From: an uncultured Gemmatimonadota bacterium
GTDB lineage: Bacteria > Gemmatimonadota > CAZMKB01 > CAZNLH01
Reading direction: 5' to 3'
Length of the DNA: 64,000 nt
Assembly: GCA_964577985.1 (NCBI GenBank)
Contig: CAZOAR010000007.1
Span: 659-64,658, forward strand
Of the stretch, positions 49,178 through 58,228 are shown piece by piece. The position numbers and the translations under genes were made by a program. The stretch's first letter is position 1. Each line of letters opens with the position of its first letter. The notes beneath the pieces were generated by a model that saw nothing but the letters and a program-made list of their open reading frames with translations, had not been told where the DNA came from and did no database searches.

Positions 49178-49750
49178 CTATTCATCCTCAATTATGCGCA
49201 ATTTCTTCCTCAAGATGCGTCTGCCGCGAAAAAGGAGCGTTTTAACTGTGCCGAGGGGGAGATCGGTTACCTCGACAATCTCCTCGTAGCTCATGTCCTC
49301 GATGTGGCGAAGCACAATTACCCGACGATATTCCACGGGGAGTTCCATGATGGCTTCTTTTATCTTTTCACCGAGCTCGAGCGATTCGACACGATCAAGG
49401 GCGTTTTCACCGGGCGATGCTATCTGGACGGTTATCTCGTCTTCATCTGCCTCGATCGGGGCGTCGAGAGAATAGATTTTCTGCCTGTTTTTTCTGAGGT
49501 GGTCGATCGTCAGGTTGTTGGCTATCTTAAAGAGCCAGCTCGAGAATTTGTAGTCGGGATTATAGGATGAGAGCGATCTATACAGCTTGATGAATGTCTC
49601 CTGTGAGAGATCATTTGCCGTCTCATTGTCCCTGACCATACGAACGATCACCGTGTATATGCCCTTCTTGTACCTGTCGATGAGTTCGTTGAACGCTCCT
49701 TCGTCCCCTTTGAGAGAGCGCTTTACAAGTTCCTGGTCGGTTCGGCTCAA
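49178..49750 (-). CDS. ECF RNA polymerase sigma factor (SigW/RpoE-like)
   Basis: DLSQETFIKLY, FSSWLFKIANNLTIDHLRK, MSYEEI, LGTVKTLLFRGR; TTG start with GGAG SD inferred. Confidence 0.92.
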   Translation of the reverse strand: MSRTDQELVKRSLKGDEGAFNELIDRYKKGIYTVIVRMVRDNETANDLSQETFIKLYRSLSSYNPDYKFSSWLFKIANNLTIDHLRKNRQKIYSLDAPIEADEDEITVQIASPGENALDRVESLELGEKIKEAIMELPVEYRRVIVLRHIEDMSYEEIVEVTDLPLGTVKTLLFRGRRILRKKLRIIEDE

Positions 49751-49862
49751 ATCAACTCTCCGGGCGCTGCATCGCTTTCTGTTCCGGGAACCGTCCGTCC
49801 CTCCTTTTCGAGGGCAGACAACCTCGTCGTTGTCGGGGCTGATCACTTCGACGGAGACCCGT

Positions 49863-52800
49863 TCAGAATCGCACTTCGACGCCGATTCTGAATAACCGTG
49901 GTATGTCGAAATTCCCGGAGTCAGCGTCATATGCCCCACTGGAGAGGATCGCCATCGCCAACTCCTCCTCGACGGTTACTGTCCCGTCGCCATTGATGTC
50001 GAGCCGACGGATCAACTCTTCCCGGTCCGCTTCATCCTGGTCTCCGTCGCCGTCGATATCCGAAGGCGTCCGGGAGGGATCGTTCGGACTCACATAATCT
50101 CCCGGATCTGACAGTCCCATATAGTCCAGTGCATCGCTGATAGTATTTCCGTCCGTGTATGGACTGCCGCTCGTCTGGTAGAGACCATTCACCACGCCGG
50201 AACCAGCCACGGCATCCGCCTGGTTCGCGCTCAGATTGACCGCGCCGAACAGGTTTCTGATGTCCGCAAAGAGGGTATAATCGAGCCCGCCAAGGGCAAA
50301 GCCCTTCGTCAACCTCAGGTTGGTTATCGACGCCCAGCCGCTTTCGCTGTTTTCGATATCCTCCACGAACTCATAGCCGCCCGAAGTCGCGTATGGTCGC
50401 CCGCTGTGCGCCTGAAATGTGAGGCCGCAGCCCGTTTTAGAGAGGATCATCCCCGCTATCTTCCCTCGCATGAAGTCGCCGGGAAACCTGCCATCCAGAA
50501 CAAGGTCGACGGTGTGAGTCTGGTCGAAGTCATTGAGGGTCTTCTCAACAGGAGGAAGAGGGGGGCTGTCTCCAACCACAAACCGGCCTTCGTTTCTAAC
50601 AAAATCCTCCGGATTATTGCCGGTTCCTTCCGAACGGAGCAGCGAATAGGCGAGGTTCGCCGAAAGATATTCGCCGAAACGCTTCCTCAGTGCGACATCC
50701 AGCCCGCGTGCATTGCCGACATCATCGTTGGTGAAAACCGGGACATAACGGGCGGACTGCTCCTGCAGGACGTATCTGGCGGCAACATTACGCTCGAAGT
50801 CCTTGTTGTAGAAGGCGAGGTCGAGCGCCCAGTCCTCCAGAAAGAGGGCGGTAGCACCGATTTCGTAGAATGTAGTCTTCCTGAAGCGAAGGTCCGGATT
50901 TCCGAAAACAGCGCTGGTGCTCCCCTCCTCGTCGATATCAACGTTGATGGCGTCATACAGGTTACTGAATTGAGGGACCTGGTAGCTGATCCCCGTTTCA
51001 CACCTGAGGCTCATAACACTGCCCAGCGCGACCGAGGCCCCAAGACTTGGGGCCGCTTCGGTCTTCCTGTTCGGCCTTGTCTTTCCAGAGTATTGGTTTC
51101 CGAAGATGACCGGGTAATCGGCTCCCGCGTAGAAAGAATCGAGCCTGAGGCCGAGGTCAATCAGGAGGTCATCCAGTTCCATTCGACTCTGTAGATAGAA
51201 GGACTCCATGTCGGGCTCGGCGTGTGAATAGTCGAGGAAAGTGGACGTAGACAGATTGGAGCTGTACTTATCGAGATTCCAGGTCTTTACTTCCGCACCC
51301 GCCTTCGCGCTGATCCTGCCTCGAAATCGACTCTTGATGTCGACGCGGAAATCGTTTCTATCCTCCCTGTTGTTGTAGATAAAATCATTGAATCCCTTGT
51401 TCTGGTCCCGGAAGTTCATCTGAACACCGAAGGGGTTATCCCCCCGTTGACTGTCCGCCTGTGTGACGCCTTGAAACCGTTCCGCCTGCTCCATGCTTTG
51501 CGCGAAGAGATCATCCGCGAATATCGGCACATCGCCGAACATGAAGTTCATGAAAGAACTCTGGTCGTGATAACCCTCGCTCACCCCCGGGGCGGTTATC
51601 CTCGCGCTGGTGGAATCGAAAGGCGCGAAGAGATCTCCATTATGCCGCTCGAACCGTTGAATACCGGCCCTGAATGAGACATCGATACCCGACTTGTTCA
51701 CGGTGCCGAAGGTGTGGTCGACCCCGAAGATAGCGAGTCGATTCCTGTTTACGTACCCCTGGTTTCTCTCCTCCGTCCAGAACATCCTGCTACGATCGAA
51801 GATAATCCCCTGTTCCCTGTCCTCGAAGAAACTGGCCATCAGACTGGTCCCGGGAAGGGGTCTCCATGTGGCCTTTCCGTGGAATCGCAACTCGTCGCCC
51901 TGGTCTCCGGGGAGACGCCCCTCGAAGTCCTTCCCGCCGAAGCGACGCTTCCGCAAATCTGTCAGATTCATTATCGGCAGACCGGCATCGGCGCCGTTCA
52001 TCATGTCGACAAGATCGAGATCGTGCCCCAGCCAGTCACGGACCTCGGCGGAGTTGCTGTAACGCGCGGCGACATCGAACAGGTCATCCGTCGTGCCCTT
52101 GAATCCCGATGCCCTCGGCCGCCTGTCTCCTTGTCCGATGGCGTCGCCCGACAGGAAGAACGTGAGATTATCAAGAACGGGAACAGGACCCCCGATATTG
52201 AACTGCAACTGGTTGAACCCGTAGTTGGACGAAGAGGGATTCAGCTCCTCCGTCTCGAAGCGAACCCCACCCGATAAAGCGAATCCGCCCGTACGCGTAA
52301 CGATGTTTATAACGCCCGACTGGGCACCCCCATACTCCGCGCTGGGGTTTCCGGGGAGCAGATCTATCTCCTCAATGCCGAACTCCGGCACGTCGAGGAG
52401 GTTTTGGTCGGTCTCATAGCGCCTGACATCTATTCCGTCGATATAGACAATGTTCTCTCCGGGTCTGCCTCCGCGAACGCTGATCGCGTATTGCGGGTCC
52501 AGGGCGTCACCGATTCGAACCGTTCCCGCCTGAAGGGTCACCAGATCCCTGTAGCTGTCGACAGGCAGGGCCTGCATCGATCCGGAGGTCATGACATGCT
52601 TTGTCGATGCTCCCCCTGTTGCCACGGCAGGCCTCTTTTCGACGACCCTCTCGGGGAGTTCGACAATAGTGGATTCGAGCAGGAAAGTGGTCTTCACAGT
52701 CTCGCCCGCGAAGGCCCTCAGGTTTGTCGTCACGACGGTCTGATACCCCGTCCGTTCTGCCCGGACCGTCCAGAGACCCGCGGGGATGTTCGGCAGGAGA

Positions 52801-53009
52801 CAGATTCCCTTACTATCCGTGATCGCGCTACCGGGCAGGCCCTCGATCGTCACCATTACGCCGCTGATCGGCATGGCAGTGTCCGCGGCCCTGATCCGGA
52901 CTTCGACATCGCCCGTTGTAGCGCACCGGAGACCGGTCGAGGTCAAACACCCGGGAAACACCAGGAGCGCAGTAATGACGGAGGTCTTGAGCAGGTTCTC
53001 GATCCTCAT
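49863..53009 (-). CDS. TonB-dependent receptor with N-terminal carboxypeptidase-regulatory-like domain
   Basis: Plug motif SVRGGRPGENIVYIDG, GNPDLRFRKTTFYEIG, terminal RIGVEVRF. Confidence 0.88.
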   Translation of the reverse strand: MRIENLLKTSVITALLVFPGCLTSTGLRCATTGDVEVRIRAADTAMPISGVMVTIEGLPGSAITDSKGICLLPNIPAGLWTVRAERTGYQTVVTTNLRAFAGETVKTTFLLESTIVELPERVVEKRPAVATGGASTKHVMTSGSMQALPVDSYRDLVTLQAGTVRIGDALDPQYAISVRGGRPGENIVYIDGIDVRRYETDQNLLDVPEFGIEEIDLLPGNPSAEYGGAQSGVINIVTRTGGFALSGGVRFETEELNPSSSNYGFNQLQFNIGGPVPVLDNLTFFLSGDAIGQGDRRPRASGFKGTTDDLFDVAARYSNSAEVRDWLGHDLDLVDMMNGADAGLPIMNLTDLRKRRFGGKDFEGRLPGDQGDELRFHGKATWRPLPGTSLMASFFEDREQGIIFDRSRMFWTEERNQGYVNRNRLAIFGVDHTFGTVNKSGIDVSFRAGIQRFERHNGDLFAPFDSTSARITAPGVSEGYHDQSSFMNFMFGDVPIFADDLFAQSMEQAERFQGVTQADSQRGDNPFGVQMNFRDQNKGFNDFIYNNREDRNDFRVDIKSRFRGRISAKAGAEVKTWNLDKYSSNLSTSTFLDYSHAEPDMESFYLQSRMELDDLLIDLGLRLDSFYAGADYPVIFGNQYSGKTRPNRKTEAAPSLGASVALGSVMSLRCETGISYQVPQFSNLYDAINVDIDEEGSTSAVFGNPDLRFRKTTFYEIGATALFLEDWALDLAFYNKDFERNVAARYVLQEQSARYVPVFTNDDVGNARGLDVALRKRFGEYLSANLAYSLLRSEGTGNNPEDFVRNEGRFVVGDSPPLPPVEKTLNDFDQTHTVDLVLDGRFPGDFMRGKIAGMILSKTGCGLTFQAHSGRPYATSGGYEFVEDIENSESGWASITNLRLTKGFALGGLDYTLFADIRNLFGAVNLSANQADAVAGSGVVNGLYQTSGSPYTDGNTISDALDYMGLSDPGDYVSPNDPSRTPSDIDGDGDQDEADREELIRRLDINGDGTVTVEEELAMAILSSGAYDADSGNFDIPRLFRIGVEVRF

Positions 53010-53163
53010 TTCGGCCTCCTGTTCGGTTATCAAACTATTTCGAGCCACTCGACTCAAACCGGAAGGGTGCTGCTTCGAAGCCAGTCATGGCAAACAGCGA
53101 GAACGTATGCCCTTGACGCGCGCGATGTTGCACGAACCGGTACCTATAGTTATATTTCTGTTC

Positions 53164-53508
53164 ATGAAGCTCATGCTGCGCTGGATATTAAACGCGGTCG
53201 CACTGCTTGGAGTCGCCTGGGTCATGTCGGATCACGGTGTGGAGTTGACGGGAATCGGCGCGGCGCTCAAGGCCGCTCTCTTCCTCGGGGTCATCAACGC
53301 GCTTATTAGACCGCTGGTTATCCTCTTCACCCTGCCGATCAACATCCTGACCCTGGGACTTTTCACCCTCTTCATCAACGCCGCTTTTTTCAGTTTTACT
53401 GCATCTGTGATCGAGGGCTTCAATGTCGCGGGCCTCTGGGCGGCACTCTTCGGCGCGCTCCTCCTGACGATTTTCAGCTCCATCCTCAGTGCCGGGATCA
53501 AGAACTAG
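53164..53508 (+). CDS. Phage-holin-family (YvlD-like, 4 TM) membrane protein
   Basis: LRWILNAVAL, GVINALIRP, TLPINILTLGLFTLFINA. Confidence 0.88.
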   Translation: MKLMLRWILNAVALLGVAWVMSDHGVELTGIGAALKAALFLGVINALIRPLVILFTLPINILTLGLFTLFINAAFFSFTASVIEGFNVAGLWAALFGALLLTIFSSILSAGIKN

Positions 53509-54787
53509 ATATCTCCTCTCGCTTCAGTTCTCTCCGTCCTATGTCACGCCGACAGTACTTCCCTTCAAAGCGGACGCCGTCGCACGCGCTGTAGGCCTTT
53601 TCGATCGCGCCCCTGACATCCTCCGCCAACGCCGTTACGCCTATCACCCTGCCGCCACTCGTAACGAGTCTTTCGCCATCCATTGCCGTTCCCGCGTGAA
53701 AGAGGAAGACATCCTTCATATCTCCAACCCCTTCTTCGAGTCTTATCTGCTCCCCCTTCTCATAGGAGCCCGGATATCCCGACGCGGCCAGGACGACACA
53801 TACCGCTCGCATCTCCTTCCAGGAAAGGTCGGCCGTCACCAGCTTCCCCTCGGATACCCCCACCATGAGATCGAGAAGATTGCCATCGAGGAGAGGAACA
53901 ACGACCTGGGTCTCAGGGTCGCCGAACCTGCAGTTGAACTCCACGACCTTCGGACCTTCAGCGGTCAACATCAGCCCCGCGTAGAGGAGACCGCGATACG
54001 GCGTACCCCTCTCCGCCATCGCCCGGATCACCGGACGGAAGATATCTGCCTCTACATGCTGCAGGAGAGCCCGGTCCGCTATCGAAACCGGCGCGTAGGC
54101 GCCCATGCCTCCCGTGTTAGGGCCTCGATCACCATCGAAGATCCGTTTGTGATCCTGGGAGGGAAGCATCGGCAGAATATTGTCCCCATCTGTCAGACAG
54201 AAGATGGACAGCTCCTCCCCGTGCATGAATTCCTCTATCACCACCTCATCGCCCGCCTCTCCGAACCTGTGCTCCCGCATGATCGATGAGAGCGCGTCAA
54301 ACGCCTCTTCCCTCGTCTCGCAGACCATCGCCCCTTTTCCGGCGGCCAGCCCGCTCGCCTTGATCACGACCGGGATATCGCACGTCTCAACGTATTTCCT
54401 CGCGTCGGCGTAGTCACGTAGTGTCACATAGTCAGACGTCGGAACACCATGCTTTCGCATTAGATCCTTCGCAAAAGCCTTGTTCGTCTCGATCATCGCT
54501 GCCTTACTGGTGGGGCCGAAGACCTTTCTTCCCTTCGCCTCCAGGATATCCACAAGCCCCATGGCGAGGGGCACCTCGGGACCAACGACCGTGAGGTCGA
54601 TCCCTTCCTTCTCCACGAACCCGGACACCCCCTCCACGTCCGTCGGGGAAATCGGTATGTGCCTGGCCTGCTCCGCCGTGCCGCCGTTTCCAAGCGTGAC
54701 AAAGAACTCGCTCTCCGGATTGTCCCCCGCGAGCTTCCAGAGAAGGGCGTGTTCCCTCCCTCCGTTTCCCACGATCAGGACCTTCAT
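53498..54787 (-). CDS. purD: Phosphoribosylamine--glycine ligase
   Basis: GNGGREHAL, VVGPEVPL, KASGLAAGKG, SQDHKR, NTGGMGAY, EFNCRFGDPE. Confidence 0.98.
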   Translation of the reverse strand: MKVLIVGNGGREHALLWKLAGDNPESEFFVTLGNGGTAEQARHIPISPTDVEGVSGFVEKEGIDLTVVGPEVPLAMGLVDILEAKGRKVFGPTSKAAMIETNKAFAKDLMRKHGVPTSDYVTLRDYADARKYVETCDIPVVIKASGLAAGKGAMVCETREEAFDALSSIMREHRFGEAGDEVVIEEFMHGEELSIFCLTDGDNILPMLPSQDHKRIFDGDRGPNTGGMGAYAPVSIADRALLQHVEADIFRPVIRAMAERGTPYRGLLYAGLMLTAEGPKVVEFNCRFGDPETQVVVPLLDGNLLDLMVGVSEGKLVTADLSWKEMRAVCVVLAASGYPGSYEKGEQIRLEEGVGDMKDVFLFHAGTAMDGERLVTSGGRVIGVTALAEDVRGAIEKAYSACDGVRFEGKYCRRDIGRRELKREEISSS

Positions 54788-54851
54788 ATTGGACTGCCTC
54801 CTCGATTAGACCCTTACTTGCTACGGATATCGCCGCCGATTCATGAAGCAG

Positions 54852-54880
54852 ATTATATCTGATGGTTCAGGGGAAGTCAA
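54852..54880 (-). promoter_or_regulatory. sigma70 promoter of purD
   Basis: TTGACT-17 nt-TATAAT. Confidence 0.8.
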
Positions 54881-55121
54881 GCGGGGCTATCCAACCTCGC
54901 GCAGCACACGCTCGCGCCACAACGAATGCCAGATGTGGAAACCCCGTTGGATCGGCGTTATTGCTGAGTCAACACATACCAGCAGAACAATGCCTGAGCT
55001 CTTCCGACCCCGGACACGATCTGGATGTGGTCACAATCGATGGTGCTGTCATGCCTCGAGTAGTCTTGTTCGCGGCAAATGATTGCGGTCGGGCCATACA
55101 GATCGCGGGTGCAGGCACGGT

Positions 55122-56261
55122 CTACAGGATATCGAGGGCACGCTCGAGATCGGCCTTCAGGTCGTCAAATTCTTCAACTCCGACGGAGATGCGGACAAGT
55201 CCATCCGTCAACCCCATCTTCAGGCGCTCTTCTCTGGGTACGGAGGCGTGCGTCATCGACGCGGGATGCGATATCAGGCTTTCGACCGCTCCCAGGCTCT
55301 CCGCCAGCGCGAAGAGTTTGACACCCTCCAGGACCTTCTTTCCTCTCTCGAAGTCCCCTACCTCAAATGAGATCATGCCTCCAAAGCCGCGCATCTGCAT
55401 CCTGGCCAGGCCATACTGAGGATTGGAGGGGAGGCCGGGATAGAAGACTTTTTCGATCTTATGGTGGCTCTCGAGCCAGCGGGCGATTTCCCGGGCATTG
55501 CTGTCATGTTCCCGCATCCGCAGCGCAAGGGTCTTCAAGCCTCTCAGCACCAGCCAGCAGTCGAACGGCCCCGGCACCGCACCGACGGCGTTCTGGAGAA
55601 ACGACACCTTTTCCGCGACAGCCTCATCACTTGTGACCACGACACCACCCACGACGTCGCTGTGGCCATTGAGATACTTCGTGGAGCTGTGAACGACCAC
55701 ATCCGCGCCCAGTGTAAGCGGGTTCTGGAAGTAAGGACTCATAAACGTATTGTCGACAACAAGGAGAAGACCCCTTCCCCTTGTAATGGCCGATATGGCG
55801 TGGATGTCCGACAGCCTGAGGAGCGGATTCGTTGGAGTCTCGATGTAGACCATCCTCGTTTCGTCACGGATCGCAGTCTCGACGGCCATCGGATTGGAAC
55901 TGTCAACATATGTGAACTGAAGACCGTGGTCCACCAGGACATTTTCGAAGAGGCGGTAGGTTCCACCATACAGATTCTCAGAGCAGACAACGTGGTCTCC
56001 CTGTTTGAGCAGGCCCATGACCGTCGATATCGCGGCAAGGCCTGAACCAAACGCGAATCCGGACTTTCCCTTCTCGAGCACGGCGATGTTCTTCTCCAGG
56101 GCGGTGCGTGTCGGGTTGTGTCCCCTCGCGTAGACATAACCCTTATCGACACCAACCTCCTCCTGGACAAACGTGGATGTCTGAAAGATCGGCGTGACTA
56201 TCGCCCCAGTAGACGGATCGGGTTCCTGTCCCGCGTGGATTGCGTCTGTCGAAAACCCCAT
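55122..56261 (-). CDS. PLP-dependent trans-sulfuration enzyme (cystathionine gamma-synthase/lyase family)
   Basis: YARGHNPTR, ETPTNP, DNTFMSP, HSSTKYLNGHSD, SLGAVESL, RISVGVE. Confidence 0.93.
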   Translation of the reverse strand: MGFSTDAIHAGQEPDPSTGAIVTPIFQTSTFVQEEVGVDKGYVYARGHNPTRTALEKNIAVLEKGKSGFAFGSGLAAISTVMGLLKQGDHVVCSENLYGGTYRLFENVLVDHGLQFTYVDSSNPMAVETAIRDETRMVYIETPTNPLLRLSDIHAISAITRGRGLLLVVDNTFMSPYFQNPLTLGADVVVHSSTKYLNGHSDVVGGVVVTSDEAVAEKVSFLQNAVGAVPGPFDCWLVLRGLKTLALRMREHDSNAREIARWLESHHKIEKVFYPGLPSNPQYGLARMQMRGFGGMISFEVGDFERGKKVLEGVKLFALAESLGAVESLISHPASMTHASVPREERLKMGLTDGLVRISVGVEEFDDLKADLERALDIL

Positions 56262-56289
56262 TTCTCCTCCTTCTTTGATTTATCGGCGT

Positions 56290-57090
56290 CTATGGCTTCT
56301 TCCCTCCCTCTCCGGCGAGTTCTCTTGCCTTCAGATACATGAGTCGCGCCTGTTCCGGCATCCTCTTCTTGTCGAAAAGGATGCCCAGACTGTAATACGC
56401 CTTCGGGTTGTTAGGCCGTGCCCTCAGCGTCCTCTCGAAGGCCCCGATCGCCTCGTCACACATGTCTAGCTGATTGTACGACTCGCCCAGATAGTAATAC
56501 GCCGTAACATACTCCGAGTTTATTTCGAGTGACTTCTTCAGCTGCTCTATGGCATCCCTGTAGAGCCCCTTCTTGCAATACACAATTCCCAGGTTACAGA
56601 GCACCTCCGCGCTTCCCGGTTCTATCTGCATGGCTCTTTTCAGTTCCGATTCCGCCTTCGCGTACATCCCCTTCTCACCGTAAATCGCGGCGAGATTCGA
56701 GCGGATCTGGACATTATCCTGGTCGAGTTCGAGGGCTCTACGGTATTCCTTGATCGCCATGTCCTGTTCGCCCATCCTGTCGTAGGTAAAGCCGAGGTTG
56801 TTGTGCGCCTTGAGGTTCGACGGATCAAGCCTTATCGTCTCCAGGTATTCCCTGATGGCTTCCCTGAATTGTCCCTCGTTGGTGCGGGCGAGAGCGTTCT
56901 GGTAGTGCTCTTCCGCGGACACACCATTGTCCTCGCGCTCTTCCTCTTCGACCGTGAACGGCGGCTTTCCGGGATTATCCGGAGGATCGTCATTCTCGCC
57001 CGAAGATATCTTCCTGTTCTCCAGACCCTCCAGCAGGTCCTGGATCTTCTCGAGGGGGTCGTCCCCAATCGCCTTTTTCTTCCTCGACAT
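56290..57090 (-). CDS. TPR-repeat protein with basic N-terminal peptide and acidic linker
   Basis: About six TPRs (AHNNLG, NLAAIY, CNLGIVY, YYYLGESY, YYSLGIL); N-terminus MSRKKKAIGDDPL. Confidence 0.88.
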   Translation of the reverse strand: MSRKKKAIGDDPLEKIQDLLEGLENRKISSGENDDPPDNPGKPPFTVEEEEREDNGVSAEEHYQNALARTNEGQFREAIREYLETIRLDPSNLKAHNNLGFTYDRMGEQDMAIKEYRRALELDQDNVQIRSNLAAIYGEKGMYAKAESELKRAMQIEPGSAEVLCNLGIVYCKKGLYRDAIEQLKKSLEINSEYVTAYYYLGESYNQLDMCDEAIGAFERTLRARPNNPKAYYSLGILFDKKRMPEQARLMYLKARELAGEGGKKP

Positions 57091-57820
57091 CGTCCACTCT
57101 CCGTACTAACTTCATGAAATCCCTGGCGCCATTTGAATTGGGCGCAAATTCAAAGATCGTCTGGTGATAACTGATCGCTTCTGAAAGCCTGACGTTGGAT
57201 CGGATCGGATCGGAGACGCGGTCCCCGAAATGCCACTGCAGGACCTTCAGTATCTCCTTGCTCTTCCGGTGTCTCTTATCGTACAACGTCGGGATGACCA
57301 GTTTGATCTCCGGCATAACTCCTTCGGTGTCCACGACATCCCCGACGCCTTCGACAACCTGCCGTATCCCGATCATCGACAGATAGTCCATCGACACAGG
57401 CATGAAGACCTCGGCCGCGATGGTCACGGCGAAGCGGCTGAGGTAGCTCCACGAAGGAGGGCAGTCCATCAACACGTAATCGAACGTCTCTCCACCAATC
57501 GATCCATCTCTCTCGATGTCTCTCCACCAGGTAGACTCGACCCTGCCGTGTATATCGCTCAGACGCCTGTCACCGGGGAGAAGAAAGAAGTTCTCCCTCA
57601 CCTTGTACACCGCCCTGGCTGTATCTTCCGTTCCGGAAATCAGATCAAACAAGCTTATGTCGTGGGTCACATCGAACCATATCGAGAGCGCTCCCTGTGG
57701 ATCGAAGTCGACCATCAGCACTCTCCTACCCTCAAGCACCAGGCCGGCCGCCAGATTTCCCACTGTCGTAGTCTTTCCGGTGCCTCCCTTCTGATTTATC
57801 ACAGCGATACTTCTCACCAT
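56990..57820 (-). CDS. ParA/Soj-family ATPase (no adjacent parB)
   Basis: Deviant Walker A NQKGGTGKTT, DFDPQG, MDCPPS, YDKR, IRSNVRLSEA. Confidence 0.92.
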   Translation of the reverse strand: MVRSIAVINQKGGTGKTTTVGNLAAGLVLEGRRVLMVDFDPQGALSIWFDVTHDISLFDLISGTEDTARAVYKVRENFFLLPGDRRLSDIHGRVESTWWRDIERDGSIGGETFDYVLMDCPPSWSYLSRFAVTIAAEVFMPVSMDYLSMIGIRQVVEGVGDVVDTEGVMPEIKLVIPTLYDKRHRKSKEILKVLQWHFGDRVSDPIRSNVRLSEAISYHQTIFEFAPNSNGARDFMKLVRRVDDVEEEKGDWGRPPREDPGPAGGSGEQEDIFGRE

Positions 57821-58149
57821 ACACTCTCGTCTTCCCCCAATTCTCCCGTCGCCCACTTGATATATTCTTCCAGGCCGTCCGCCACAGGCAGGACGAGAAG
57901 TTCGGGGATGTCATAGGAATGAATCTCCCGGAGCCTCCTTTTCAGTCGCTCGATCACAGCTTCACCGCTCTTGATGATCAAAAGGGATTCACTCTCATCC
58001 TCGATCGCTCCCTTCCATCGATAAATCGACCTGACGGCGGGGATTATGTTGACACACGCGGCAAGCCGCTCTTCCAGGAGCGTACGCGCGATCTTTTCTC
58101 CCTCTTCTTCTCCACTTACTGTAACAAAGGCCACTCGAAGGTCGTCCAT
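57814..58149 (-). CDS. cutA: Divalent-cation tolerance protein CutA
   Basis: LAACVNI, SIYRWKG, HSYDIPE. Confidence 0.93.
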   Translation of the reverse strand: MDDLRVAFVTVSGEEEGEKIARTLLEERLAACVNIIPAVRSIYRWKGAIEDESESLLIIKSGEAVIERLKRRLREIHSYDIPELLVLPVADGLEEYIKWATGELGEDESVW

Positions 58150-58228
58150 TTCCGTTCCAGAGCTCCCGTGCGCCATCGTTGTCACGAATCAGAAAGATCG
58201 CCTGTGCGCTCTCATCACGCATCCCGGG

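Noticed and set aside
47992-49245. 417-aa plus-strand ORF
   Set aside because: Antisense shadow of the repetitive DUF4097 gene
54788-55121. ZTP riboswitch before purD or a hidden gene in the spacer
   Set aside because: Promoter leaves only ~58 nt of leader with no pfl-motif features; open frames lack starts and motifs
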